A DNA stretch of 64,000 nt from NCBI GenBank assembly GCA_963771175.1, contig CAVYSY010000021.1, positions 32,001 to 96,000 of the forward strand, in the 5' to 3' direction. The notes beneath the pieces were generated by a model. It was not told the origin of the DNA. It saw only the letters and a program-made list of their open reading frames with translations, and made no database searches. Made by a program: the position numbers and the translations under genes. Shown piece by piece: positions 42,147 to 52,912 of the stretch. The stretch comes from an uncultured delta proteobacterium. GTDB lineage: Bacteria; Myxococcota; Myxococcia; Myxococcales; Myxococcaceae. Each line of letters begins with the position of its first letter. Position 1 is the first letter of the stretch.

Positions 42147-43108
42147 ATGGAAGCGCCGACCTACAGCCCGAAGCAGGTGGCCGAGATGCTCGGCGTGCCG
42201 GCGAAGGCCAGCGCCTCGGCGCTGAAGAAGGACAGCTACACCGCCGATGACGTGTGGGAGCTGCGCGGCGAGCTCGGCGCTACCCGCCGTCCCTCGGCCG
42301 CCGCAAGCAGCTCTTCCTCAACTTCAAGGGCGGCACCGGCAAGACCTCGCTGTCCACCTCCTACGCCTGCCGCCTGGCGGAGATGGGCTACCGCGTGCTG
42401 CTGGTCGACCTCGACACCCAGGGCCACGCCACCAAGTGCCTGGGCTACGAGGGCGAGGACTTCGAGCAAGACGCTGCTCGACGTGCTGGTGCGCAAGACG
42501 CCCCTCTCGCGAGGTCATCCAGAAGTCCGCCCTGCCCAACCTGGACTTCGTCCCCTCGAACCTGACGATGTCCACCGTCGACCTGGCGCTGATGCCGATG
42601 GCCGGGCGCGAGTTCAAGCTGCGCAACGCGCTCAAGGAGGTCGAGGGCCACTACGACGTCATCGTCTTCGACGCGCCGCCCTCCTTCGGCCTGCTCAACC
42701 TGAACGCGCTGATGGCCGCCGACGACCTGTTCGTCCCGGTGCTGGCCGACTTCCTCTCCTTCCACGGCCTCAAGCTGCTCTTCGAGACGGTGCAGAGCCT
42801 CGAGGAGGACCTGGACCACGTGCTCGACCACGTCTTCATCGTGGTCAACGCCTTCAACGCCACCTTCAAGCTGGCCAAGGAGGCGCTCGAGGCGCTGCAG
42901 ACGCACTACCCCGAGTACCTGCTGCCCACCATGGTGCGGCAGTGCACCAAGTTCGCCCAGGCCTCCAGCGAGGGCCTGCCGGTGTTCGTGGCCGACCCCG
43001 ACTCCAAGGGCGCCACAGGACATCCAGGCCCTCATCGAGAACGTGCTGCCGCGCTTGCGGGCGGACGCGGCTCCCGGCAGCGAGACCGGTGCGCAGCAGG
43101 CCGGCTGA
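42147..43108 (+). CDS. pomZ: PomZ (AgmE) ParA/MinD-type ATPase; several frameshifts
   Basis: MEAPTYSPKQVAEMLGV, QLFLNFKGGTGKTS, DLDTQGHAT, FDAPPSFGLLNLNAL, RQCTKFAQASSEG. Confidence 0.92.
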
Positions 43109-43139
43109 CGCCACCCCTCTCCTCCGCTCAGGCTCGCCC

Positions 43140-44205
43140 ATGAAGAAGGCCTTCGAACAGAACGTGTCCCGCGCCAAGCCGCGCCTGCGCCTGGGCGGCG
43201 TTCACCGGTGTCGTCGACCGCCGCCGCTCCCGATGAGGCGCCCGAGCCCGAGCAGGCCCAGGCTCCCGAGCCGCGCGCAGGCGCGCGGCCTCCGAGCCCG
43301 TGCACGCCCCCGAGCAGGCACGGGCCTCCGAGCCGATGCTGGTGACCCAGGCGCCCGCCGCGCGCATGACCTGTCCACCGAGGTGCGTGCCCGCATCGAG
43401 CGCGCCCGCGCGCCCCGCTCCACCGCCGCCGAGGCCCTGGACGGCGGCCCTGAACACGCGCCCGAGCCCGCCCGTGGCCCGCGTGGAGGCTCCCGAGCCC
43501 GAGGTGGAGGTGCAGACGCCGGCCAGCGCCCCGCGAGGAGCTGGACACGCGAGGCCCGCCGCGAGCGGCTCAAGGAGCGCCTCAAGGCGGTGCGCGAGAA
43601 CCCGCGCCCCGAGCCCCTGCCGGCCACGCGTGGCCGAGGCGGGCGTGCGCGCGGTGGAGCGCATCGCCGCCCTGCAGGCCGAGCTCACCAAGGTGAAGAC
43701 GCTCAACCTCTCGCTCACGCAGGACCTGGAGGCGGCGCGGCGCCAGTCGGAGAAGGCCACCGAGGAGGCCCGCCTGCGCATGGACGAGGCCCGCCGGCTC
43801 GCCACCGAGATGGAGGGCCGGGTGAAGCTGCTCGCGCGACCTCGAGCGCGAGCTCGCCGCGCTGGAGGGCGAGCGCGACGAGGCGCTGCTGTCGCCTGCA
43901 GGAGTCGCGTCAGGCCTGCAGGCCGCCGCCCAGGAGCGCACGGCGCTCGAGGCCGCAGGTCGCCGAGGCGCAAGCAGGCGCTCGCCGACAGCCTCTCCGA
44001 GGAGGAGCGGCTCGCCGGCGAGCTGGAGGTCGGCCAAGGACGAGGCCAGCCGCGCTGCGCCGCGCCGTGGACGCGCTCAAGAGCGAGCGCGACGTGCTGG
44101 CCCAGCAGGTGGCCTCGCTCACCGCCGAGCGCGCCGAGCTGCTCGAGGCTCGCAAGGCGCTGCGAGGCCGTGCACCGCGCCCTCAGCCACGCCGTGGCGC
44201 GCTGA
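43140..44205 (+). CDS. pomX: PomX (N-terminal ATPase-activating peptide, C-terminal coiled coil); several frameshifts
   Basis: N-terminus MKKAFEQNVSRAKPRLRLG, Ala/Pro-rich linker, coiled coil ending VHRALSHAVAR. Confidence 0.88.
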
Positions 44206-44316
44206 CATCCGCGCACCTTCGCCCCGGTGTAGGTTCCGCCGGGGCGTGGCCGGGTGTTGAATCGAAAGGTCTTTCCTGCGTCATCAGGGCCGGACCTTTT
44301 CGAAGGATGTACCCCC

Positions 44317-44983
44317 ATGAAGCGCAATCTCCTGTTCGTTGCTCCCCTGCTCCTCGCCGCTTGCGGCGGTGGCTCTCTCGGTCTCGACATCAACAGCGAT
44401 GACTCGGCCGAGAACACCACCCTCTCCTCCGTGAGCGCGCTGCGCCGTGGACCTCACCACGGTGAAGTCGGTCAAGGTGACCGTCAGCGAAATCTGGGTG
44501 CACGTGGAGGACAAGGCCACCAAGACCGAGTCGGTCGACGGCTCGACGATCGACGACTCCTCCAAGCGCTGGGAGCAGGTGTCTTCCGAGGAGCGGAGCA
44601 TCGACCTCATGACGGTGCGCAATGAGGCGACGAAGCCGCTCGGCGACCTCGCCGTGCCCGAGGGGAAGGTCACCCAGATGCGCCTCCGGCTGAAGGGCAC
44701 CGCCGAGGAGGGCTCGGACAAATACCGCATCGCGGGCGCCGTGGAGGAGACCGACGGCACCGTGTGCGACCTCATCGTCCCCAAGAGCGCCATCAACCCG
44801 GGCGTGAAGATCGAGGGCTCCTTCAAGGCGATGAAGATCGAGGCGGGTGGCAAGCATCGCGCCGTCCTCTCCTTGAAGCTCAAGGACTCGGCGAAGCTGA
44901 CCGACGGCACCACCTGCGCGTACCGGCTCAACCCGGTGATGAAGGTGAAGAAGTTCGAGGTCGAGTCGGACGACAAGAAGTAG
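44317..44983 (+). CDS. DUF4382-like lipoprotein (frameshift at about 44443)
   Basis: Lipobox LLAAC; SVKVTVSEIWVH, IDLM, VPEGKVTQMRL, LIVPKS, YRLNPV. Confidence 0.75.
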
Positions 44984-45009
44984 CCGCGCGCTCCCTTGCC
45001 GTACTCCGG

Positions 45010-45045
45010 AAGCCCGCCTGGGTCCTCGTGACCCGGCGGGCTTTT
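45010..45045 (+). terminator. Intrinsic terminator
   Basis: AAGCCCGCC(T)GGGTC-CTCGT-GACCCGGCGGGCTTTT. Confidence 0.75.
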
Positions 45046-45243
45046 CCGCGTCTGGAGGCTCGTGGAGCACCCGGGCGAGCACCGAGGGTCCAGTCGAGCC
45101 ATCGCAGCCTCTCGTGACATCCAGGCGAAGACGCCGGGCTCCGTTGCCGCACTCCGGGGTGAGTCGGAGCTTTACCGGCGAACCCGAGGAGCCTGGGGGC
45201 CTTCCGGCCAGCCGTGTTCCCCGAGCCGCCAAAGGAGTCATTC

Positions 45244-46448
45244 GTGGCACTGGACCTCTTCAAGGAAAAGGGCGTCCCGCTGGATCGGCAGGCCTTCACC
45301 TGGAGGGATCTGACGCGGCGCACCTACAGCAAGCTCGACGACGACGCGTTCACCCGCGTGCGCGTCATCCTGATGAACGGCATCGAGTCGGAGGCGCTGC
45401 GCTTCAGCCACGCCTGCGCGCGGATGAACCGCGCAGCTCCGCGAGTCGCTCGCGCATCATCCGCCGGGTCGAGCAGCACCAGCAGACGCTGGTCAACTGG
45501 CTGAACCCGGCGGACCAGTCGCCGCTCGAGACCACCCTCGGCTTCGAGCAGGTGGCCATCGAGGTGACGGCGCAGCGTCGCCGAGCACGAGCCCGACCCG
45601 TACCTGGCCCAGGTCTACCGCTTCGGCCTGCTCGAGGACTTCGACCACCTGTACCGCTACTCGGCGCTGTATGGACCGGCTCGAGGGCAAGGACGCCAAC
45701 GACCTCATCCAGAGCTACACGCGACATCCTCCCCGGGCGGCCCACCGCGGTCGAGCACCGCGCACCCGCTGGACGACCTGCGCCGGCCCTACGACGCGCG
45801 CACCGCCGAGCCGCTCACCAAGATTCACGCGCTCACCATCACCGCGGCCGAGCACCAGACGCACGACTTCTACATGACCATCGGGCCCATGTTCACCGAC
45901 CCGGTGGCGCGCCAGCTCTACGCGGAGATCGCCTCCATCGAGGAGCAGCACGTCACCCAGTACGAGTCGCTGATCGACCCGGACGAGTCGTGGCTGGAGA
46001 AGTGGCTGCTGCACGAGGCCATCGAGGTCTACAACTACTACAGCTGCCTGCAGTACGAATCGAACCCGCGCATCAAGGAGATCTGGGAGCGGTTCCTCGA
46101 CTACGAGCTGGGGCACCTGCACTACGTGATGCGAGCTCTTCCAGCAGCTCGAGGGGCGCGATCCGGCCGAGGTGTTGCCCAGGACGCTGCCGGAGCCCAT
46201 CCGACTTCGAGAGCCACCGCGAGTTCGTGCGCAAGGTGCTCAAGGACGAGGTGGAGATGAGCGCCAAGGGCACCGAGTTCGTGCCGCGCGGCGAGGAGTC
46301 CGAGCGCACGCTGCGCTACCGCCAGCAGCTCAACTCCGAGGGCTCGCCGAGCGAGATCGCCGCCGCGGGCTACCACTGGCGTCCGGGCACCGAGCTGGCC
46401 GAGGAGGCCAGTCGCATGGGCACCTATGCCGAAGGGAGGATCCAGTAA
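45244..46448 (+). CDS. Conserved hypothetical protein with multiple ExxH motifs (probable tandem ferritin-like); several frameshifts
   Basis: AAGGAG RBS and GTG; RVILMNGIE.E, VEQHQQ, LLEDFDHLYRY, AEHQTH, IEEQHVTQY, YELGHLH. Confidence 0.75.
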
Positions 46449-47207
46449 TGCATCGCAAGGCGAGCGAGTTGGGGATGAACCGGACAGGCCTCCAGACCTC
46501 CCCGGTGCACAGCAAGAAGGCCATCGAGGGCGCCGAGAAGGCGCTGCCGAGCAGCCCCGGGAGATGCCTCGGCCATCTGGAAGGAGCGCCAGGCGTTCTC
46601 GCGCGAGGTGGACGGCTTGGGCTCGGTGCCGCCTCCCGCCACCGTGAAGGGGATGGCCAAGGCGGCGGTGGACATGCTGAAGGGCGGCCGGGCCACCGTC
46701 TTCATCGACAAGCTGGGCCAGCGCGCCGGCTTCGAGCGCACCGGGGTGCGGCTCTACGAGGCGGCTCTGTCCAAGCTGGATGTGTTCGGCTCCTGGGCCG
46801 GCGGGCCCTCACGGGAGCAGCTCGAGAAGATCCGCCTGGACGAGCTGAAGCACTTCGCGCTCGTCAAGCGCACCATCGAGAAGCTGGGGGGCGACCCCAC
46901 GGCGCTCACGCCCGCGGCGGACCTGCAGGCCAACATGTCCGACGGTGTGCCCAAGATGCTGGTGGACCCGCGCGTCAACCTGCTGCAGTCGCTGGACGGG
47001 CTGCTGACGGCGGAGCTCGTGGACAACGCGAGCTGGGAGCTGCTCATCCAGCTCGCGCGGGAGCTGGGACACAAGGACATCGCCGAGGACTTCCAGCGGG
47101 CGCTGGACGTGGAGCAGGAGCACCTGGCGCTGGTGCGGAGCTGGCTCGTCGCCGGGGTGATGCTGGAGGCGAAGGTCGGCGAGGAGGCCGCGGGCGCTCC
47201 GGCCTAG
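46448..47207 (+). CDS. Ferritin-like diiron protein (frameshift at about 46562)
   Basis: TAATG overlap; FERTGVRLYEA, DELKHF, AELVDNASWE, EQEHL. Confidence 0.82.
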
Positions 47208-47222
47208 TGGCCAGGGCAGCGG

Positions 47223-47810
47223 CTAGAACGAGGAGTTCGGCTCCTGGAGGAAGGCGACTTCCTCCGGGGTCGACTCCCGCCCCAGGATGGCGTTGCGGTG
47301 GGGGAAGCGCCCGAAGCGCGCGATGATGTCGTGGTGGCGCCGGGCGTACTCCAGCGTCCCGGTGCTGCCCGGGTCCCTCGGGTTCCGCAGGGCGAGCATC
47401 TCGAAGAGGGACACGGACAGGCGCTGGTCGTGAATGTCCTCGCTGTGCTCGAAGGGCAGGTAGAAGAACCACCGCCACACTGGAGGCAGGGAGACGTCGA
47501 GCCCCCGGGCGAGTGCATGCCGCGCCACCTCGCGGGCCTGGGCGTCGGTGGCGAAGGCGCGCGGGGTGCCCCGGAAGAGGTTGCGCGGGAACTGGTCCAG
47601 AAGGAGCAGCAGGGCGAGGCAGCCGCGCGGCTCGTCGCGCCACGACTGCAACCCGCCCGCGGCGGCCTCCTCGTGGGTGGAGAGGAAGCGGCGGGCGCAC
47701 TCGGCGTCGAAGGCCGGGTCCTTCTCGAACCAGCGACCGCGCGGTTGCGTGTGGCCCGGCTCGGACGGCGGGCCGAACCAGAAGGTGAGGATGTCGTCCA
47801 CGCTGGCCAT
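47223..47810 (-). CDS. DUF924 family protein
   Basis: DILTFWFG, WF.KDPAFDA, LDQFPRNLFRG, FFYLPFEHSE, HHDIIARFGRFPHRNAILGREST. Confidence 0.92.
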   Translation of the reverse strand: MASVDDILTFWFGPPSEPGHTQPRGRWFEKDPAFDAECARRFLSTHEEAAAGGLQSWRDEPRGCLALLLLLDQFPRNLFRGTPRAFATDAQAREVARHALARGLDVSLPPVWRWFFYLPFEHSEDIHDQRLSVSLFEMLALRNPRDPGSTGTLEYARRHHDIIARFGRFPHRNAILGRESTPEEVAFLQEPNSSF

Positions 47811-47918
47811 GGGCTCCTCCATGAGGAGTGCCGTTCTAGCACTCCTCTTCGGGCGGGGGTGGCCGTCAGGGTCGCGAGGTCGCAGCTTCCACCAACGACC
47901 CCTGATGGAGGCTGGACG

Positions 47919-48455
47919 ATGCGGGAGCAATACAACCTGAACCACCCGTCCCTCACCACCCTGCGGAATCCGTCCCTGCGGACGGAGTCGCTCGTGGCGC
48001 TGGGCACTCTCGGGGCGCTCACCGCGGGCTCGGCCGCCGTGGGGGCTCGTGCCGCGAAGGGGGGCGGCTCGCAGCTCTGGTACAGGCGGCTGCGCAAACC
48101 TCCCTTCCAGCCGCCGGCCTGGGTATTCGGCCCGGTGTGGACGGTGCTGTACGGACTGATGGCGTTCTCCGCGTGGAGGGTGTGGAACCGGCCCGCGGGC
48201 CCCAAGCGCTCGCGGGCGCTGCTGCTGTGGGGCACGCAGCTCGGGTTCAACGCCCTCTGGTCCCCGCTCTTCTTCGGCAAGCACCGCCAGCGGGCGGCAC
48301 TGGTGGACATCGGTGCTCTGGGAGTGAGCCTCGCCGCGTACACCGCTGTGTCGAGCCAGGTGGATCGCCAGGCCGCGTGGATGATGGCGCCCTATCTGGC
48401 CTGGGTGGGCTTCGCCGGTCTGCTCAACGAGGAGATCGTCCGCCTCAACGATTGA
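47919..48455 (+). CDS. TspO/MBR tryptophan-rich sensory protein
   Basis: WY..L.KPPFQPPAWVFGPVWTVLY, QLGFNALWSPLFFG, APYLAWVGFA..LN. Confidence 0.93.
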   Translation: MREQYNLNHPSLTTLRNPSLRTESLVALGTLGALTAGSAAVGARAAKGGGSQLWYRRLRKPPFQPPAWVFGPVWTVLYGLMAFSAWRVWNRPAGPKRSRALLLWGTQLGFNALWSPLFFGKHRQRAALVDIGALGVSLAAYTAVSSQVDRQAAWMMAPYLAWVGFAGLLNEEIVRLND

Positions 48456-48707
48456 GCAAGCAGGCGCTGCCTTTCATGCTGCCGTGCGTGCTCGCGCTGC
48501 CCGACCCGTGTGTGGGCGCGTCACCCATCAGGTAGAGCCGTCCACTTGACGTATGACGTCATGCGCCCGATACTCATGATGGAGGTCGGGGCGCGTGGCA
48601 ATGACTGTCATGGAGCCCCAAGCGGGGAGCGTGTCAGGGGGTCTGGTTAACCTTCCGGAGAGTGAGGGCGTTGCCGGGAGGTGGGGCGTGGAGGGGGAGG
48701 CGTTGGC

Positions 48708-48965
48708 CCGATTGCCAAGCTCAAGGTCCGTGTCGATCGACGCCCGCCACCCGTCATCGGTCTGTTTTTCAGTGTGAGTGGCTTTACCGTGCCCGCGGTG
48801 CAGGAATTCAACGCACAGCCTTTGCGTAACCTCCTGCTGTGGGCAGAGCCGGATGTGACCCTCGCCATGAGGCGCGGCCTGCGGAGCGCGCTCAGGGTCA
48901 AGTGGCGAAAGGCCGTGGAGGAAGTCGTGATGGATCACGAACTCGAAGAGGAGGATTTCCGATGA
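48708..48965 (+). pseudogene. Probable 3' remnant of an Mrr-like restriction endonuclease gene
   Basis: PIAKLKVRVDRRPPPVIGLFFSVSGFT.PA..LLLW resembles the C-terminal half of Mrr_cat domains. No catalytic D..ExK part or RBS upstream. Confidence 0.5.
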
Positions 48966-49507
48966 TTCCGGTGCTGGTCGTTCGAGGCGAGGCAATGGCC
49001 CGGGTATTCCTCAAGCTGCTTGAGCCGGAGTTCGGCCGCGAACTCCGCGTGGTCGGGTCGAACTACGTGGGGAGCAGTGTCACCTCGGCGAGATCCATCC
49101 TTCTCCATCGCAAGTCCGCCGTGGCCCTGGTCACCGATGCGAAGCCGGAGGAACTCCGGCAGACGCATCGCTCCATTGTGTACCTGCTCAGTGGGGCGGG
49201 CTGTGTCGACCTGTGGAAGATCACCCTGCTGGTGCCGGAGACGGAGGTGCTGCTCTTCCAGGATCGGGGCGTGCTGCGCCAGCTCCTCGGGCGCGAGCCG
49301 ACGGAGGAGGAGCTGCTCCGAGGCCAGACCGAGCCCCGGCGCACCCTGGAGCAAGCGCTCGGGTTCGAGTGGTTGGCCCTCGACGCGGAGCTGTGCCGGC
49401 GCTTGGAGACGGTGGACGTGAGTCCCCTGGCCGAGCACTCCTCCGTGCGGCAGGTGCGGCAGTTCTTCCGCGACCACCGGGATGGGCGAGCCTCGCTGCC
49501 CTTCTGA
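48962..49507 (+). CDS. Hypothetical protein
   Basis: GGAGGA RBS, ATGA overlap with the remnant; SSVTSARSILL..AVALVTDA, LLVPETEVLLFQD. Confidence 0.72.
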   Translation: MIPVLVVRGEAMARVFLKLLEPEFGRELRVVGSNYVGSSVTSARSILLHRKSAVALVTDAKPEELRQTHRSIVYLLSGAGCVDLWKITLLVPETEVLLFQDRGVLRQLLGREPTEEELLRGQTEPRRTLEQALGFEWLALDAELCRRLETVDVSPLAEHSSVRQVRQFFRDHRDGRASLPF

Positions 49508-49519
49508 ATCAATCCGCGT

Positions 49520-50320
49520 CTATCGCGGGGACAGACCGACCAGGGGCGAGCGCGAGGTCATCAGTTGTCGGCGCCGGACGATGGAGCGCAATCCCAGCCA
49601 CATGGCCCCGAGTGACACGACCATCCACACCGCCGCCCAGAGGGGCGCGGGCAGGTAGGTGAGCTGCGCCATGGCGTGCGCATCGGAGACGCCCACCTCC
49701 AGGCCGTAGCCGAACAGGCCCTTGATGTCCTGCAGTGCCAGGAGGCACGACAGCGCGGCGACCCATACGACGAGCCCGCGCCGCAGCCACACCGGGCCCT
49801 TCCACGCCACCAGCCCGAGCAGTGCTCCCATGCCGGCGATGAAGCCGAGCGTGAAGAGCCCATCCGAGCGCGAGGAGCCGGTGGCGAGCGCATGGGCGGC
49901 GCCGGGGTCGGGTGGGAGCAGCGGCACCCAGAGGACGGCCACGCCCACCATCCAGGCCACCAGCCCCCACAGCAGGGCGCGCCCGCTGCGCATGCGCCCG
50001 GCGGCCACCAGCAGCAGCGCCCCGGCCAGCGAGGAGCCCACGTAGCCACCCGAGGCGATGAGCAGCTCCTTCCAGAGCGAGCCGGTGAGGGAGTGGTAGG
50101 TGAGCCCGCCCGTGGCCGGGCTGATGGTGACGCTGCTCACCTGGGAGCCCACGGCCCAGGCCGAGAGGGCGTGCCCGCTCTCGTGCATGAGCGTCACCAG
50201 CAGCCGGAAGGGGTACAGCCACACCGTCTGCCACAGGAAGAGGCTCGCCGCGGCGGCGAGCACCAGGCACGCCAGCAGGGCGCGGGTGGACATCGGCGGT
50301 GGCTCGGGGACGGGTCGCAT
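49520..50320 (-). CDS. M50B-family intramembrane metallopeptidase
   Basis: TLMHESGHAL, ASGGY.G, SDA..MA, multiple TM helices. Confidence 0.88.
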   Translation of the reverse strand: MRPVPEPPPMSTRALLACLVLAAAASLFLWQTVWLYPFRLLVTLMHESGHALSAWAVGSQVSSVTISPATGGLTYHSLTGSLWKELLIASGGYVGSSLAGALLLVAAGRMRSGRALLWGLVAWMVGVAVLWVPLLPPDPGAAHALATGSSRSDGLFTLGFIAGMGALLGLVAWKGPVWLRRGLVVWVAALSCLLALQDIKGLFGYGLEVGVSDAHAMAQLTYLPAPLWAAVWMVVSLGAMWLGLRSIVRRRQLMTSRSPLVGLSPR

Positions 50321-50404
50321 GCCGCTTGGACGCTAGCACGGGCGCTTTCGTTCCATGGCCCTCTGGCGCCTGGTGGCTCGGCGTGCTGGTAGAGTGGCGG
50401 ACTC

Positions 50405-52618
50405 ATGGCGCCCAAGACGAACACGGCGGAAGCCTATGCCGCCCAGCATCGCGGTGATTCGGACCACTACGCCACCTACTTCGCCGGCATGGATGCCTCC
50501 ATGCAGCAGAAGGTAGCCCTCACCACCGCGCACTTCCCCTCGCGCGGCCGGGTGGCGGACATGGGCAGCGGCTCGGGTCGCGGCACCCATGACCTCGCGT
50601 GTCTCTACAGCGGTCTGGAGTTGGTGGGCGTGGACATCAACCCGGTCTCCGTGGAGATGGCCGCCGCGTCCTACCAGCGCCCCAATCTCCGCTACATCGT
50701 GGGCGACATCGCCGACCCCGTCTTCCCCCCCGAGTCGCTGGATGGGGTGCTCGACTCGTCGGTGCTCCACCACGTCACCAGCTTCAATGGCTTCTCCCTC
50801 GCGCGGCTGGAGGAGTGTCTGGACAATCAGGTGCGCGCGCTGCGCACCGGCGGCGTCATCATCATCCGTGACTTCGTCATCCCCGACGGGCCTCCCGAGG
50901 TGTTCCTCGACCTGCCCGAGACGGATGGTGCCCCCGAGGGCCCTGTGCAGGGCCTGTCCACCGCCGCGCTCTTCGAGCGCTTCGCTCGCGACTTCCGCTG
51001 CGGCGTCAACCGGGATGGCCCGGTGCCGTACTCGAGGCTCGTCTCTCCCCACGCGGGGCATGTCCGCTATCGGCTCGCCCTGCGTGCCGCCAACGAGTTC
51101 ATCCTCCGCAAGGACTACCGCACCGACTGGGACGTGGAGCTGCTCGAGGAGTACACCTACTTCTCCCAGGCCCAGTTCGAGGCAGCCTTCCGGCGCCGCG
51201 AGCTGCGCATCGTCAGCTCGATGCCCATCCACAATCCGTGGATCATCGCCAACCGCTACGAGGGCCGCTTCCACCTGAGCGACACCGAGGGCCGGCCGCT
51301 GCCGTTTCCTCCCACCAACTACCTCATCGTCGGCGAGAAGGTGCCCCCTGGCGCGGGCGTGGCGCTGCGCGAGGAGCACAGCACTCCGCTCGCCTCGCCC
51401 CACTTCCTGTCCCTCAGCGCCTGGCGTCATGAGGAGAGCGGTCGTGTCTTCGAACTGGTGGAGCGCCCGGGGCGCACGATGGACCTGCTGCCCTGGTTCC
51501 GCCAGGAGGGACAGGTGTTCGTGCTGGCCAAGAAGGGCTTCCCTCGGCCCATCGTCAACGCGTGCGCGGACCACCCCAACCTCGGCGGCGCGACGCTCTC
51601 CGGCTACGTCACCGAGCCCCTCGCCGCCATCACCCATGCGGGTGAGCCCCCCGAGAAGGCCATCGCGCGCATCCTCCACGAGCGGGCCGCTCTCCCCGCC
51701 GAGCGCATCCGCGCCGTGGGCGAGCCGGCGCACTACTTCACCTCGCCCGGCGGAGTGAGCGAGCGAGTATCCGCGTACCTCGTGGAGGTGGCTCCGACCA
51801 CCGGGCTGCCGGCACCCGACTACGGCCTGTTCACCAGCGCCGGCTCGGTGCGCGAGCTGGATGCTCGCCAGGTGCTCCGGGCTTGCCACGTGGGCGGCAT
51901 GGTGGACGCGCGGCTCGAAATCAACATCCACCGCCTGCTGCGCCACCTGGGCGCCTCGCCGGGACCGTGGATCGGCGCCTCCCTGCGGCTCACCGAGCAG
52001 TCCCGTGTCCCCAGGTGGGCCGAGGACGCGCTGGCCCCCGCGCGCCGCGCGGTGTTCTCGTCCCACGACGAGGGCGGCACCGGCTACCTGGACCTGCGCA
52101 CCGGCACCTTCTCCGAGCTCGACGCGGAGGGCCGTGTGCTGGCGAGCGTGCCGCGCGAGTACCTCGTGCCCCGCGAGGCCAGCCGCAACACCACCGTGGC
52201 GCTCCCGGTGGTGCGGACGCCGGAGGGCATCCGCGTGGGCATCGAGCACCGGGAGTTGCCCGCGGTGCAGCACTTCACGGGAAGCGCGAGCCTCGCGGTG
52301 TCACCGGCCTGGCGGTTGCCCCGGACGCTCACCCACTCGAGCCAGGTGCCCGCCTTCATCGCCGAGCGCCTGCTCGAGGAGTTCTCCGTCTCGGTGCGCC
52401 ACACCTGGGAGCTCGGTGGCTCGTACCATGCGACTCCGGGCGTCACCCCCGAGCTGGTGTGGCCGTTCGCCGTGGAGGTCGAGGCCGATGCGGCCTGCGA
52501 CTCGCGGCTGCGCTGGATACCGCTGGAGGTGCTCATCAGCGAGCTGGACACGGTGCGGGACGCGCACCTGCTGGTGGTGGCCTGGCGGCTGGCGCACGCG
52601 CTAGGCGTGCTGGGCTGA
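50405..52618 (+). CDS. Class I SAM methyltransferase fused to two degenerate Nudix-like domains
   Basis: VADMGSGSG, GVDIN, SSVLHH, LRTGGVIIIRDF. C-terminal half has ARILHERAAL..YFTSPGGVSE and AERLLEEFSV..YHATPGVTPE. Confidence 0.82.
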   Translation: MAPKTNTAEAYAAQHRGDSDHYATYFAGMDASMQQKVALTTAHFPSRGRVADMGSGSGRGTHDLACLYSGLELVGVDINPVSVEMAAASYQRPNLRYIVGDIADPVFPPESLDGVLDSSVLHHVTSFNGFSLARLEECLDNQVRALRTGGVIIIRDFVIPDGPPEVFLDLPETDGAPEGPVQGLSTAALFERFARDFRCGVNRDGPVPYSRLVSPHAGHVRYRLALRAANEFILRKDYRTDWDVELLEEYTYFSQAQFEAAFRRRELRIVSSMPIHNPWIIANRYEGRFHLSDTEGRPLPFPPTNYLIVGEKVPPGAGVALREEHSTPLASPHFLSLSAWRHEESGRVFELVERPGRTMDLLPWFRQEGQVFVLAKKGFPRPIVNACADHPNLGGATLSGYVTEPLAAITHAGEPPEKAIARILHERAALPAERIRAVGEPAHYFTSPGGVSERVSAYLVEVAPTTGLPAPDYGLFTSAGSVRELDARQVLRACHVGGMVDARLEINIHRLLRHLGASPGPWIGASLRLTEQSRVPRWAEDALAPARRAVFSSHDEGGTGYLDLRTGTFSELDAEGRVLASVPREYLVPREASRNTTVALPVVRTPEGIRVGIEHRELPAVQHFTGSASLAVSPAWRLPRTLTHSSQVPAFIAERLLEEFSVSVRHTWELGGSYHATPGVTPELVWPFAVEVEADAACDSRLRWIPLEVLISELDTVRDAHLLVVAWRLAHALGVLG

Positions 52619-52912
52619 CGCCCCCCCACGGGGCGTCCTCCCTGCCCTCGCGGCAACGTTTCTTTGCCCCCGAGCCTCACTCCGAGTAGGAGGGGCGCGT
52701 TGACTGACCGACACAGCAGGCGAGGGCGTTGGGGCCCGCGAGGTCCTTGGAAGCCGGAATCAGGGCTCCTCGAAGGACGGCCGGGCATGCGCCCAACCCT
52801 GGATGAACGCTGGACGGCACCCACCCGACTCGGGTCTCTATGCGGCGCGGCGCCGCGCCGCGGGGCGGTCCAGCCAGAGGTGGACCCGTAGGGGCCCCGA
52901 CATGGAGAAATC

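Noticed and set aside
42147..43108. Plasmid or chromosome partitioning ParA
   Set aside because: Sequence and synteny match PomZ; no parB or rep gene is present.
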